A stretch of 64,000 nt of DNA. It comes from Patescibacteria group bacterium (lineage in GTDB: Bacteria > Patescibacteriota > Microgenomatia > UBA1406 > GWC2-37-13). Where the stretch lies: contig BPJD01000004.1 of assembly GCA_026004435.1 (NCBI GenBank), positions 5,940 through 69,939 on the forward strand. The letters are read 5' to 3'. Below, in pieces: positions 36,892-46,101 of this stretch. Below the pieces are notes generated by a model. It searched no databases. It was not told where the DNA came from and saw nothing but the letters and a program-made list of their open reading frames with translations. The position numbers and the translations under genes were made by a program. The first letter of the stretch is position 1. The number at the start of each line of letters is the position of its first letter.

Positions 36892-37886
36892 CTTTTTAAC
36901 TTGGCAAAACTAAGCTGAAACACAATAATTACCAAAAGACTTAAACCCAGAATCATTAACAAATTTATTGTATGACCAAAATTCAACCAGCCTTGATTGC
37001 TGACAAAAAAATCTAAGACCAAGTAATGACTAAAAAACAGCTCATAAGATTTTGCGCTTAAATAAGCAGTAACTTTCTTAAAAACTCTTGCGGTTAAAAA
37101 ACTGCCTGCAAATATTAAAACCAGAGCCCAAGACAAACCATAGGACAAATAATAAATATTGGGAGGGTATTTATTTGAAGTTAAGACATCAAAGTATCCT
37201 CTAACATACCCTGCCGAAAAAAATAATACTGCAAAAAAACCAGCTAACGACAAATATAATACCCTTGCTTTTAGACCCTTAAACTCTCTGTTAGTATATA
37301 AAGCAGTAAAATAACCCAAAAGATAAACCCATAGCCAAGAAAACGCCATTACCCATTTGTAATGATTATAAGGAAATTTAAATAAATAAAACCAAACGCT
37401 GATTAAGATACTTATCAACATTAACAGCCAGAGAAAAACTTTTCTATTAATAAGAAAACCAATCAGCCAACTTAACAAAGTAATCTGAATAAATAAAAGC
37501 ACAAACCAACTATAATCTACGCCGTTTAACAAAAAAACTGAGTTTATAAAAAAACCAAATGTTTTTTGCAAACCAATACCAGAAAACCAAAACGGAGCAA
37601 AAAACATTAGGGCATACCTTAAAGCAAGAAAATAGTAATAAGGCAGAATCAACCTTAACAGCCTTTTTTTTAAATATGCTAAAGGATGGAAAAATTTCTT
37701 GGCATTAACCTGATCAGCAAACAAATAACCTGAAGCAAACACAAACGCTGTTACCACAAAATGAAGCCAATTCCAAAGATTAAAAATAAACTTATCTGAC
37801 AATGAGTATGAAAGATAATGAAGCACGATTATAACCAGAATAGAAACTGCTTTTAAAAAATCAATTGGGTAATACCTAATTTTCAT
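36888..37886 (-). CDS. acyltransferase family 3 (OatA-like) membrane protein
   Basis: About 10 TM helices and the N-terminal YPIDFLKAVSILVIIVLHY block typical of acyltransferase_3. The start is trimmed to ATG 37886 to remove the overlap with the upstream gene. Confidence 0.6.
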   Translation of the reverse strand: MKIRYYPIDFLKAVSILVIIVLHYLSYSLSDKFIFNLWNWLHFVVTAFVFASGYLFADQVNAKKFFHPLAYLKKRLLRLILPYYYFLALRYALMFFAPFWFSGIGLQKTFGFFINSVFLLNGVDYSWFVLLFIQITLLSWLIGFLINRKVFLWLLMLISILISVWFYLFKFPYNHYKWVMAFSWLWVYLLGYFTALYTNREFKGLKARVLYLSLAGFFAVLFFSAGYVRGYFDVLTSNKYPPNIYYLSYGLSWALVLIFAGSFLTARVFKKVTAYLSAKSYELFFSHYLVLDFFVSNQGWLNFGHTINLLMILGLSLLVIIVFQLSFAKLKS

Positions 37887-37914
37887 AACAACAGGTTGAG
37901 GAAACTTTCTAAAA

Positions 37915-38232
37915 TTACTGCTTTTTATTCTCAGAAGATAGCAACTTTTCAAGACTGGATAATAAAGCTATTAGAAACTGGGCTGAGACAGAGTAAACGA
38001 CTAAAGCAAAAATAGATGAAAACTCAATAATAAACATATCAACCTGAGGTGAAGGAAAAACACCGACAAAAGGACTTATTAAAGGATAGGTAGTATTGTA
38101 AACCCATAAGACAAAAGGAGCAGATGCTCCTGCTCCGGTAAGTTTGAGCACAATTCTAAGCGTTAAAAGCACCTGAATAAAGTAAGAGACCAAAGATATT
38201 AAAAACTCTGCGAAAAAAAACTTTTTTGTCAT
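37915..38232 (-). CDS. YggT-like small membrane protein
   Basis: 106 aa from ATG 38232 with two hydrophobic hairpins and TYPLISPFVGVFP. The longer ORF-track model runs through tRNA-Cys and is rejected. Confidence 0.45.
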   Translation of the reverse strand: MTKKFFFAEFLISLVSYFIQVLLTLRIVLKLTGAGASAPFVLWVYNTTYPLISPFVGVFPSPQVDMFIIEFSSIFALVVYSVSAQFLIALLSSLEKLLSSENKKQ

Positions 38233-38252
38233 AAGAAAAATTAAAACTACTG

Positions 38253-38324
38253 AGGCCGGAGCGGGATTCGAACCCGCGCATAGCGGTTTTGCAGACCGCC
38301 GCGTTACCTCTTCGCCATCCGGCC
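38253..38324 (-). tRNA. tRNA-Cys (anticodon GCA), no encoded CCA
   Basis: Reverse complement: GGCCGGA acceptor, anticodon stem GCGGT/ACCGC with loop CTGCAAA, and T arm GCGGG-TTCGAAT-CCCGC. Confidence 0.9.
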
Positions 38325-38342
38325 AAAACAATTAGGCTAATT

Positions 38343-38819
38343 TTACCAAATTCTCAGATTAATTTGAGAGGTTGTAAAAAAACTTATTGCTGGCAAAACA
38401 ATCTCTGCTAACTCTGGCATTGAAGTCTGGTGTAAAATTGAAGCAAAATCTATTTCTCTAAGATCAATACAAAAACCAAGCTGATAAAAATTAAGATCAA
38501 GAATTACACTTAATCTATCAATTTGCGCATTAACAGACACAGAATCAGCAAACTCTAAAAAGGAGTCTGCTATAATCGCATCATTTTGAGGGTAAATAAA
38601 TATTTTAGGATCTCTACCAATTAAATAATAAGGAAAATTAACTCTATTTTTAAAAATCTTAATATATCTATTAACATTTTCAGGAGGACAATAATAAAAC
38701 CTATCTGCCTTATCTTGATCTAAAGCAACTTTATTTACCATAATATAGTTTAAACCCTCTTTTGATAAATAGATTAATAATTCTAAATGCTGATAAGGCA
38801 AATCAGAAAACCTGCTCAT
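38343..38819 (-). CDS. hypothetical protein (158 aa)
   Basis: ORF only, with no recognisable family. Confidence 0.45.
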   Translation of the reverse strand: MSRFSDLPYQHLELLIYLSKEGLNYIMVNKVALDQDKADRFYYCPPENVNRYIKIFKNRVNFPYYLIGRDPKIFIYPQNDAIIADSFLEFADSVSVNAQIDRLSVILDLNFYQLGFCIDLREIDFASILHQTSMPELAEIVLPAISFFTTSQINLRIW

Positions 38820-39023
38820 ATCAACAACTAATTTTGCTTAATGTAGCCAAAACCATTATATTCAAATCTGGAAAAAACAAGTCCTACAGCAGGATTTTCA
38901 TTTTTAACATTAGAAGATAAAAATTGATCCCAACAGTTTGGATAAACAATAACATTATTATCATTTATTTGCAAATAAAAAGGTAAGGGAGGTTTTAAAA
39001 TATTCTGTTTTATACTTAAACCA

Positions 39024-40043
39024 CTACCAAATACCTACTGCCCTCATTAAACAAAAATTTGTAAATGAAAGATTTTTATTGGTTAAATAGTCAACAAGCT
39101 CATCAACCAATGAACCCGGCTGAAACCAATAATGACCAGATACTTTTTTTTGATTGAGATATTTGACAATTCTTAAACTGACTTCCGGCCTTACAACAAA
39201 AAGGAATATATCAATCTCTGAATGTATTAAGACATCTTTTATATCCTTATAAACCAACCTGCTGTCATATCTGCCTCCTTTAGGATTAACCAAAAATAAG
39301 TTATTAAATCCAGACTTAATCAGATCTTCGGCTATTTTGTTTCCATATTTATCTTTGTTAAAACTAAAGCCGATCAAAGCTAGTCTTTTCTTTTGAAGAA
39401 ATCGTCTTAACTCAACCGTCAAAGGACAATGAAAATGATCAGAGTTCTGCTTATTAAAATGACTGGCTTTGCAGTACTTACGACCATAAGAAATTAGCCT
39501 TAAACTAAAACCAAATCTTTGATCTTCTGGTATTAACTCAAGCAGATCCTGCTCAATCTTTAGCCTATTAGTCTGATTGGTTAAGGCTAATAATCTAGTT
39601 AATCTAGCAATATGAGTATCAACCACAATACCTGAGTTGTCATTAAACAAAGTAGATAATACGACATTTGCAGTTTTTCTGCCAACTCCGGGCAAAGCCT
39701 CTAAAGACTGTCTGTCTTTGGGCACCCTGCCATTGTATTTATTAACAATGATCTCAGCTGTTTTTTTTAAATTAATTGATTTAGTTTTATAAAGGCCAAT
39801 AGACCTAAGATGTTCTTTTATCTGCGATAAATCGGCTTTAGCAATACTCTCTGGTGTGGAAAACTGTTTAAAAAAAACCTTAGTTGTTTTATTAACCTGC
39901 TTATCAGTTGACTGAGCCGAAAGCATAACAGCAGTCAAAAACTGGAAATCTGTTTCATAGTTTAAACTTGGCCTAACCTCAGGAAAAAGCTTATGCAACT
40001 TATGCAGATAAATCTCAGCTAAATCTTGTCTAAAACTTAACAT
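39024..40043 (-). CDS. nth: endonuclease III-like HhH-GPD DNA glycosylase fused to a C-terminal CoA-binding (YneT/YccU-like) domain
   Basis: The N-terminal 200 aa carry LSAQSTDKQVN, the HhH LPGVGRKTANVVL (catalytic Lys) and VDTHIARL (Asp). The Fe-S loop region has only 2 Cys (YCKASHFNKQNSDHFHC). The C-terminal 130 aa carry LALIGFSFNKDKYGNKIAEDL...LVNPKGG...VYKDIKDV...IDIFLFVVRPE...WFQPGS, which resembles the CoA_binding_2 pattern. Confidence 0.7.
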   Translation of the reverse strand: MLSFRQDLAEIYLHKLHKLFPEVRPSLNYETDFQFLTAVMLSAQSTDKQVNKTTKVFFKQFSTPESIAKADLSQIKEHLRSIGLYKTKSINLKKTAEIIVNKYNGRVPKDRQSLEALPGVGRKTANVVLSTLFNDNSGIVVDTHIARLTRLLALTNQTNRLKIEQDLLELIPEDQRFGFSLRLISYGRKYCKASHFNKQNSDHFHCPLTVELRRFLQKKRLALIGFSFNKDKYGNKIAEDLIKSGFNNLFLVNPKGGRYDSRLVYKDIKDVLIHSEIDIFLFVVRPEVSLRIVKYLNQKKVSGHYWFQPGSLVDELVDYLTNKNLSFTNFCLMRAVGIW

Positions 40044-40079
40044 AATTTAAACCAAATTTTGGTTACAATTATATCACTT

Positions 40080-40913
40080 ATGCCAGAACTGCCAGAAGTG
40101 CAAACAATAACAACTCAACTCCAACAATACCTAGTTGGCAAAAATATAAAATCAATCAAACTGTTTGACAACTTAAGTCACAACTCAGTTAATGTAAATG
40201 TTGTAAATGAAAAATTACTAAACATCACCAGAGTAGGAAAAGCTATTTTAATTGAGTTAACAAATCAAAAGGCAATTGGAATCCATCTTAAAATGACAGG
40301 ACAGCTATTATTTTCTCAAAACAATACAGTTAATTTGTTTGGTAAGCCAATTACTCTTCCTAACAAACATACCAAAGCACAGATTTTGTTCACAGACAAC
40401 TCAAAACTATTTTTTAATGATATCAGGAGGTTTGGCTGGATAAAAATAGATTATTGGGACAACTTAAAAAAAGACAGATTTTTTGTATCTTTAGGCAAAG
40501 ATGCTTTAGTTATTCAACTGAAAGAGTTTTTAATGCTACTTAAGACATCTGAAAGATCAATTAGAGATCTATTGCTGGATCAAAGCAAAATAGCAGGCAT
40601 AGGCAATATTTATGTTAATGATGCCTTGTTTCTGGCAAAAATAAACCCGTTTACCAAAAGCAGTCAGATATCAAAACAGCGGGCAAAAGATCTTTATAAC
40701 GCAGTAAAACAGGTTCTTAAAACCGGAGTAAAACTTAAAGGCACAAGCAAACTTAACTTTGTGGATTTGTTTGGCAAAACAGGCAATTATCAGAATCACA
40801 CTTTAGTCTATGATAGAGAGAACCAGTACTGTGTTAATAACTGTGGAGCCAAAATAAAAAGACTAAAGCTGAAAGGAAGAAGCAGTTTTTTTTGCCCAGT
40901 CTGCCAAAGATAA
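40080..40913 (+). CDS. mutM: formamidopyrimidine-DNA glycosylase
   Basis: The MPELPEV N-terminus (catalytic Pro2) requires the start at ATG 40080. An H2TH region and the C-terminal zinc finger CVNNCGAKI...FFCPVCQ are present. Confidence 0.9.
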   Translation: MPELPEVQTITTQLQQYLVGKNIKSIKLFDNLSHNSVNVNVVNEKLLNITRVGKAILIELTNQKAIGIHLKMTGQLLFSQNNTVNLFGKPITLPNKHTKAQILFTDNSKLFFNDIRRFGWIKIDYWDNLKKDRFFVSLGKDALVIQLKEFLMLLKTSERSIRDLLLDQSKIAGIGNIYVNDALFLAKINPFTKSSQISKQRAKDLYNAVKQVLKTGVKLKGTSKLNFVDLFGKTGNYQNHTLVYDRENQYCVNNCGAKIKRLKLKGRSSFFCPVCQR

Positions 40914-42122
40914 CTACTCATATCTAATGGCAGAGACAGGCTCAAGATTAGCTGCTCTTCTAGCTGGAGCTGAACCAAAAAAAATTCCAATAGCTGTTGA
41001 GACTCCAAAAGCAGTTCCAACAATAGTTAAATCTATCTCTGCAGCAAAATAAGGTTTTATTAACAAAACTACTATATAAGCCAAAACCAAACCAATAACT
41101 GCTCCAAACAATGACAGAATAATTGACTCTACCAAAAACTGTAAAAGAATATCGTTTTTCTTAGCTCCAATGGCTCTGCGGATACCAATCTCTTTTATTC
41201 TTTCAGTAACTGCCATATACATTACATTCATAACTCCTACTCCGCCTACAACTAAAGAAATAGCGCCAATCCCAACCAAACCAATATTGACAAAAGAAAA
41301 AATATTTAAAACAGCATTAAGCATCTCAGTTGGCTCGATTACAGAAAAATCATCTGCATCATAGTTTCTTGATAAAACAGCAATTACCCTGTTTTTAAGA
41401 GAATTAAGCTGGGTTTCAGAAACTGCTCTAAGATAAATAAAATAAAAATTGTTCTCAGGATCCAACTGGGGAAAGGCTGTATAAGGAGCAACAACATTAT
41501 TATCAAAGTCAGAGGCTGAACCTCCTCCTTTTTCTTTGGCAACACCAATAACCCTTAACCTGACTCCTTCTACCACAACTGTTTTGCCAACTGCTTCTGC
41601 TGGACTGTCAAACAATTCAGCAGCAGTATTCCAACCTAAATAAGCCACTTTCTCTCTGCCTCTAAGATCAGACTCATCAAAAAACTTACCTACAAAGTTT
41701 TGATAATTATAGGCTTTATACAAACCATCATCAGATAAAACTAGATCTCCATAAAAACTGTTTTTGCCTGACTGGATTTTAACCCGAGGCTGTAAATAGA
41801 TCGGCACAACAACCTCTGCTTCAGGCAGTCTTCTAAGACTAGCAACATCTCTCAGCTTAAACCTAAAGTTGCTGGCTAAAGCTCTGCTGCCAGCAGCTAA
41901 GTTTCCATCGATTTTACCAACTACAACATACAAAATATTACTGCCAAGTTCCTGAAACTGATCTGAGATGTAATTTTTTATCCCAAGTCCAAAAGCCATT
42001 AGCAAAACAACAGACATAACTCCAATCATTATTCCTAATGCAGTCAAGAATGATCTTAACTTGGCTCGAAAAATAGACTGCACAGCTGTTTTAACAAGCA
42101 GTATATAATAACCCTCGCTCAT
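40914..42122 (-). CDS. ABC transporter permease, MacB/FtsX-like
   Basis: One N-terminal TM helix, a large periplasmic domain and a C-terminal FtsX-type 3-TM bundle (ERIKEIGIRRAIGAKK). Confidence 0.8.
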   Translation of the reverse strand: MSEGYYILLVKTAVQSIFRAKLRSFLTALGIMIGVMSVVLLMAFGLGIKNYISDQFQELGSNILYVVVGKIDGNLAAGSRALASNFRFKLRDVASLRRLPEAEVVVPIYLQPRVKIQSGKNSFYGDLVLSDDGLYKAYNYQNFVGKFFDESDLRGREKVAYLGWNTAAELFDSPAEAVGKTVVVEGVRLRVIGVAKEKGGGSASDFDNNVVAPYTAFPQLDPENNFYFIYLRAVSETQLNSLKNRVIAVLSRNYDADDFSVIEPTEMLNAVLNIFSFVNIGLVGIGAISLVVGGVGVMNVMYMAVTERIKEIGIRRAIGAKKNDILLQFLVESIILSLFGAVIGLVLAYIVVLLIKPYFAAEIDLTIVGTAFGVSTAIGIFFGSAPARRAANLEPVSAIRYE

Positions 42123-42130
42123 AATTAAGA

Positions 42131-42793
42131 CTAACTTAATAACCTGCCGTCTTGCAACACTATTTTTCTCTTAGCCCGGTCTGCTAAAGATTTATCATGA
42201 GTTACTACAATCAAAGTCTTGCCTTTTTTGTTTAATGACTCTAGAATAGAGATAATCTCTTTACCTGTTTTGGAGTCAAGATTGCCTGTTGGTTCATCTG
42301 CAAAAATATAATCAGGCTCCATTATTAACGCTCTGGCTATAGCAACTCTTTGCTGTTGACCTCCAGACAACTGATTTGGGTACTTGTTTTCTTTTTCTTT
42401 TATCTGAAGATCTTCCAGCAGATTTAAAATCCTTTGTTTAATCTTGCTGTCTTTTCTGCCAGAGTAAAAATAAGGCAGAGCTACATTCTCATAAACAGTT
42501 AAACGATTAATAAGATTAAACTGCTGAAAAACAAAACCAATCTTTTTATTTCTTATTTCAGACAACTGATTATCTGACAGCTTTGTTGTTAAGTTTTTCT
42601 CAAAATAAACAGCTCCTATGCTTGGCTTATCCAGCAAACCCATTATGTGCATTAAAGTTGACTTGCCGCTTCCGGATGCTCCTAGAACAGCAACATACTC
42701 GCCTTTTTCAATAGTTAAAGATATATCCTTTAAGGCATAAAACTTAATATTGTCAGTTGTGTAAATCTTACTGATACTTGAAACCTTTATCAT
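42131..42793 (-). CDS. ABC transporter ATP-binding protein (MacB/LolD-type)
   Basis: Walker A GASGSGKST, signature LSGGQQQRVAIARAL and Walker B IFADEPTGNLD. Confidence 0.9.
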   Translation of the reverse strand: MIKVSSISKIYTTDNIKFYALKDISLTIEKGEYVAVLGASGSGKSTLMHIMGLLDKPSIGAVYFEKNLTTKLSDNQLSEIRNKKIGFVFQQFNLINRLTVYENVALPYFYSGRKDSKIKQRILNLLEDLQIKEKENKYPNQLSGGQQQRVAIARALIMEPDYIFADEPTGNLDSKTGKEIISILESLNKKGKTLIVVTHDKSLADRAKRKIVLQDGRLLS

Positions 42794-43848
42794 TGAATCT
42801 CTGGCAAAACTATAACATCTCCTTCTTTTAAGCCTGAGACAACCTCTACCTGACCATCTACCTCAAGACCTGTTGTGATCTCAGTTTTTTGCTGATTTGA
42901 ACCTCTTAAAACATAAACATAGTCCTTACCCTGCTGGCGTTGAATAAAACTAACTGGAATAACTAATACAGACTCTGCTCTACTGCCTCTAATTTTTAAC
43001 TCACCTGTCATTCCCAGCCTTAATAAAGGAAGAATGTCCTGTTGAATAAATTTAGCCTTAACCTTATACAAAACTCCTGTTGAAGTATCAGCTGGTGCAA
43101 ATGAGATATAATAAATCTCTGCAGGAATCTCTTTTTCATTAAAAATATCTAGTAAAATTACGCCTGATTTATTCAGATAAAGATCAATCACCTGATCCTG
43201 TTCTACTAAAACCTCAAAAATCAAGCTGTCTGGATCAACAATCTCAAACTCTGCCTGAGTCGGAGTAACATAAACGCCAGCTGTAGGCTGATCTATTCTG
43301 GTAATAATACCATCTATTGGCGACTTAAGCACAGATTTTTGTAAAGCCAAGTTCTTTAGCTCAACATCAATTACTGAGTTGTTTAGATCAAACTGTGCTT
43401 TTTCAATAATTCTTTTAATCTCGTTTTTTTCAGTCTCAGAGATACCCCAAAGCTGAAAGTCTTTATAATCCTCTTGAGTCTGGTCAAAATCCCATCTTGT
43501 TTTTAAGTAATAATTTAAATATTTTTTAAGATCTCTCTCTAACTCCTGCCTGTCAAGCGTAGCCAATACCTGTCCTTTAGATACTTTGTCTCCTTCTTTG
43601 ACAGCAACACTAGCTACTGTGCCTGAAAAAGAAAATCTTGCCACGGAAGATCTCTCAGCTGAAACAGAACCTGAAAAACTTTTTTCCTCCTGCAGTGTTT
43701 CTCTTTTAACTTGATACCTGTTTAACTGCTCGGTATCTGATTTGCCATAATTATTTTTTAAAAAAAAGTAGCTAGATACAGCAACTGCAATAATTATTAA
43801 TGTAAAAACAATCCTCAAGTTTAATAAATATTTTTTTAAAAACTGCAT
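42790..43848 (-). CDS. periplasmic adaptor / membrane fusion protein (HlyD/MacA-like)
   Basis: Signal anchor, lipoyl-like hairpin VKEGDKVSKGQVLATLD, a coiled coil and a C-terminal beta barrel. It overlaps the ATPase gene by 4 nt. Confidence 0.75.
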   Translation of the reverse strand: MQFLKKYLLNLRIVFTLIIIAVAVSSYFFLKNNYGKSDTEQLNRYQVKRETLQEEKSFSGSVSAERSSVARFSFSGTVASVAVKEGDKVSKGQVLATLDRQELERDLKKYLNYYLKTRWDFDQTQEDYKDFQLWGISETEKNEIKRIIEKAQFDLNNSVIDVELKNLALQKSVLKSPIDGIITRIDQPTAGVYVTPTQAEFEIVDPDSLIFEVLVEQDQVIDLYLNKSGVILLDIFNEKEIPAEIYYISFAPADTSTGVLYKVKAKFIQQDILPLLRLGMTGELKIRGSRAESVLVIPVSFIQRQQGKDYVYVLRGSNQQKTEITTGLEVDGQVEVVSGLKEGDVIVLPEIQ

Positions 43849-43871
43849 AATACTTATTATATAATTAAAAG

Positions 43872-45338
43872 ATGTTTATTTTAACCACCATAGCTAAACT
43901 TAAACAAAGACTCTCTTACCAAACAGTCTTTTTTTACTTTGCCTTAACAGCAGGCATATTTTTAAGACTATACAACATTGACAAAACATTAATGTTCTTG
44001 GGAGATCAAGGCAGAGATGCTATTATTATCAAAAGGTTAATCACTTTTCAAGATTTAGTCTTTATAGGACCACCAAGCTCTATAGGCCAGATAAGATTAG
44101 GACCTATTTATTATTATCTTACAGCTCCGTTTTTAGCACTGTTTAATTTTAATCCTGTAGGTCTTGGAGTTGCAGTAGCTTTTTACAGCGTAGTTTTATC
44201 TCTTCTTATTTTATACTGGCTTAAAGGACTTGTTAAAGAGGAAGTCAGATTTATTTTGTTTGGATTTCTTATGCTTTCTCCAACCTCAATTGAGTACTCA
44301 AGGTTCTCTTGGAATCCCAACCTCCTGCCCTACACTGCATTTCTAACTACAGTATTGTTCTGCAAAGCCTTAAGCGCAAAGACAGTAAAAAGACAACTCA
44401 AATACCTTGCTGGATTCAGCACCTTATTAGCCATAAGCCTGCAGCTTCATTATAGTGTTTTGTTTATTCTTCCAGTATATGCAGTTTTCACTGCTTTATT
44501 TTTGTTTAAGACCGAGCAAAAACTAAAAAAACTTTTGGCAGTCTTACTTCCTTCTTTACTTTTGTTTTCTCCTTTAATATTATTTGAATTAAAGCATCAA
44601 TTCTTAAACCTAAGGTTACTGATTAATTTTTTAACAGAGGATCAAACAACTCAACTTAGCTTTACACAGGCTTTGCTAGACTTTGCCAACACACTAGTTG
44701 CCAGCTCAATTGCCACTTATAAACTGCAAATTATCAATCTGGCAATAGTAGCTATTGCTTTGCTGTCTGGCATTATTCTGCAAAAAAAAATCTATACGAT
44801 CTCAAGTTTGAACATTTTGCTTACTGCTATAGTCTTTGCAGTAACAGGAATTGAGAGCATAACTCATTATTTGTTTGCTGTTTTAGTAGGTTTTCAGTTA
44901 TTAATAACTTTGCTGATAACACAGTTTAAAGACAAAAAAGTGGTTCTGCTGTTTTGTACTGCTTTAATTCTGCTCTGGGCAAACAATTATAATTTTGTCT
45001 TTATTCATCCTGAAAAGACACAGATTCAAAAAGCCAAAGACTATGCTGAGTTAATCTTTAATGATATTAACAGCAACTCTTTTCAGATAATTGGAGTTCC
45101 ATTCACTAAATCAACTGCTCCCCAAAGATACTTTATTGAATTAAAAGGAAAAATGCCGCTTGATGAAACCTCCCCAGAAGTTCCAGAAGAATTATTTGTG
45201 TATTGTTATGAAAGCTGTGATAATATATTAGGAAATAATCTCTGGCAAATCGCTGTTATTAAAGATAAAAAAATTGAAAAAACTTGGCAGATTGATAATA
45301 TAAAAGTTTTTAAAATAATCAATGAAGCAAACAGATAA
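43872..45338 (+). CDS. polytopic membrane glycosyltransferase-like protein (GT39/ArnT-like fold suspected)
   Basis: About 12 TM helices, with an FLGDQGRDAII loop after TM1. It is followed by a polyprenol-phosphate type GT2. Assignment rests on architecture only. Confidence 0.4.
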   Translation: MFILTTIAKLKQRLSYQTVFFYFALTAGIFLRLYNIDKTLMFLGDQGRDAIIIKRLITFQDLVFIGPPSSIGQIRLGPIYYYLTAPFLALFNFNPVGLGVAVAFYSVVLSLLILYWLKGLVKEEVRFILFGFLMLSPTSIEYSRFSWNPNLLPYTAFLTTVLFCKALSAKTVKRQLKYLAGFSTLLAISLQLHYSVLFILPVYAVFTALFLFKTEQKLKKLLAVLLPSLLLFSPLILFELKHQFLNLRLLINFLTEDQTTQLSFTQALLDFANTLVASSIATYKLQIINLAIVAIALLSGIILQKKIYTISSLNILLTAIVFAVTGIESITHYLFAVLVGFQLLITLLITQFKDKKVVLLFCTALILLWANNYNFVFIHPEKTQIQKAKDYAELIFNDINSNSFQIIGVPFTKSTAPQRYFIELKGKMPLDETSPEVPEELFVYCYESCDNILGNNLWQIAVIKDKKIEKTWQIDNIKVFKIINEANR

Positions 45339-46095
45339 TAAAAAAATTGAACTATCATTGATTCTTCCTTGTTACAACGAAGAAGTTAATCTGCAAAAAG
45401 GTGTTTTGGATAAAGTTAAAAACTTCTCTGATACAGCAGATTATATAAAGGAAGTTATTATTGTAGACGACGGCTCAACCGACTCTACACCTGAGATTAT
45501 TAAAAGCTATTTGAAAAAATTTTCAATACTTAAGTACAAAAGAATCAAACATCAGGGCAAAGCAGCTGCAGTCTCAACCGGAATTTTATCAGCCAACTAC
45601 AGCTATACTGCTTTTGCAGATATTGATATGGCAACACCTATTGATGAATTAGACAAGCTGGTAGAGTACCTTGCCCAAGACTACCAAATAGTTATAGGAT
45701 CACGCAACTCAGAAAGAAAAGGAGCTCCTTTAATCAGAAAACTTATGGCAAAAGGATTTATCTTAATTAGAAACCTTATACTCGAACTTGGAAAGATTAA
45801 AGACACCCAGTGCGGATTTAAGGCTTTTAAAACAGACTCTGCCAGAAAAATCTTAAATAAGATGCAGGTCTTTAACCCGCAAAAACCTAGAGTTATTAAA
45901 GGTCCAAGCGTGACAGCAGGTTATGATCTAGAGTTTTTATATATCGCCAGAAAACTTGGTTATAAAATAAAGGAAGTTCCAGTAGAGTGGAAACATGTTG
46001 AGACTCGCAATGTAAAATTTATCAAAGACTCATTAGAGTCTTTAAAAGACATCTTAACCATAAAACTTTATACCTTAAAAGGTTATTATAAATAA
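45322..46095 (+). CDS. glycosyltransferase family 2 (polyprenol-phosphate sugar transferase-like)
   Basis: Contains LSLILPCYNEE, VIIVDDGSTDST and DIDMATP motifs. Confidence 0.8.
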   Translation: MKQTDNKKIELSLILPCYNEEVNLQKGVLDKVKNFSDTADYIKEVIIVDDGSTDSTPEIIKSYLKKFSILKYKRIKHQGKAAAVSTGILSANYSYTAFADIDMATPIDELDKLVEYLAQDYQIVIGSRNSERKGAPLIRKLMAKGFILIRNLILELGKIKDTQCGFKAFKTDSARKILNKMQVFNPQKPRVIKGPSVTAGYDLEFLYIARKLGYKIKEVPVEWKHVETRNVKFIKDSLESLKDILTIKLYTLKGYYK

Positions 46096-46101
46096 AGGAT
46101 A

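Noticed and set aside
37915-38331. The ORF-track model extends across tRNA-Cys (N-terminus MFWPDGEEVTRRSAKPLCAGSNPAPAS). The same happens for 59471-60151 across the CAT tRNA (MAEQSFHKRRVVGSNPSPS).
   Set aside because: The N-terminal extensions are simply translations of tRNA genes. Internal ATGs (38232 and 59534) immediately after the tRNAs give sensible membrane proteins.
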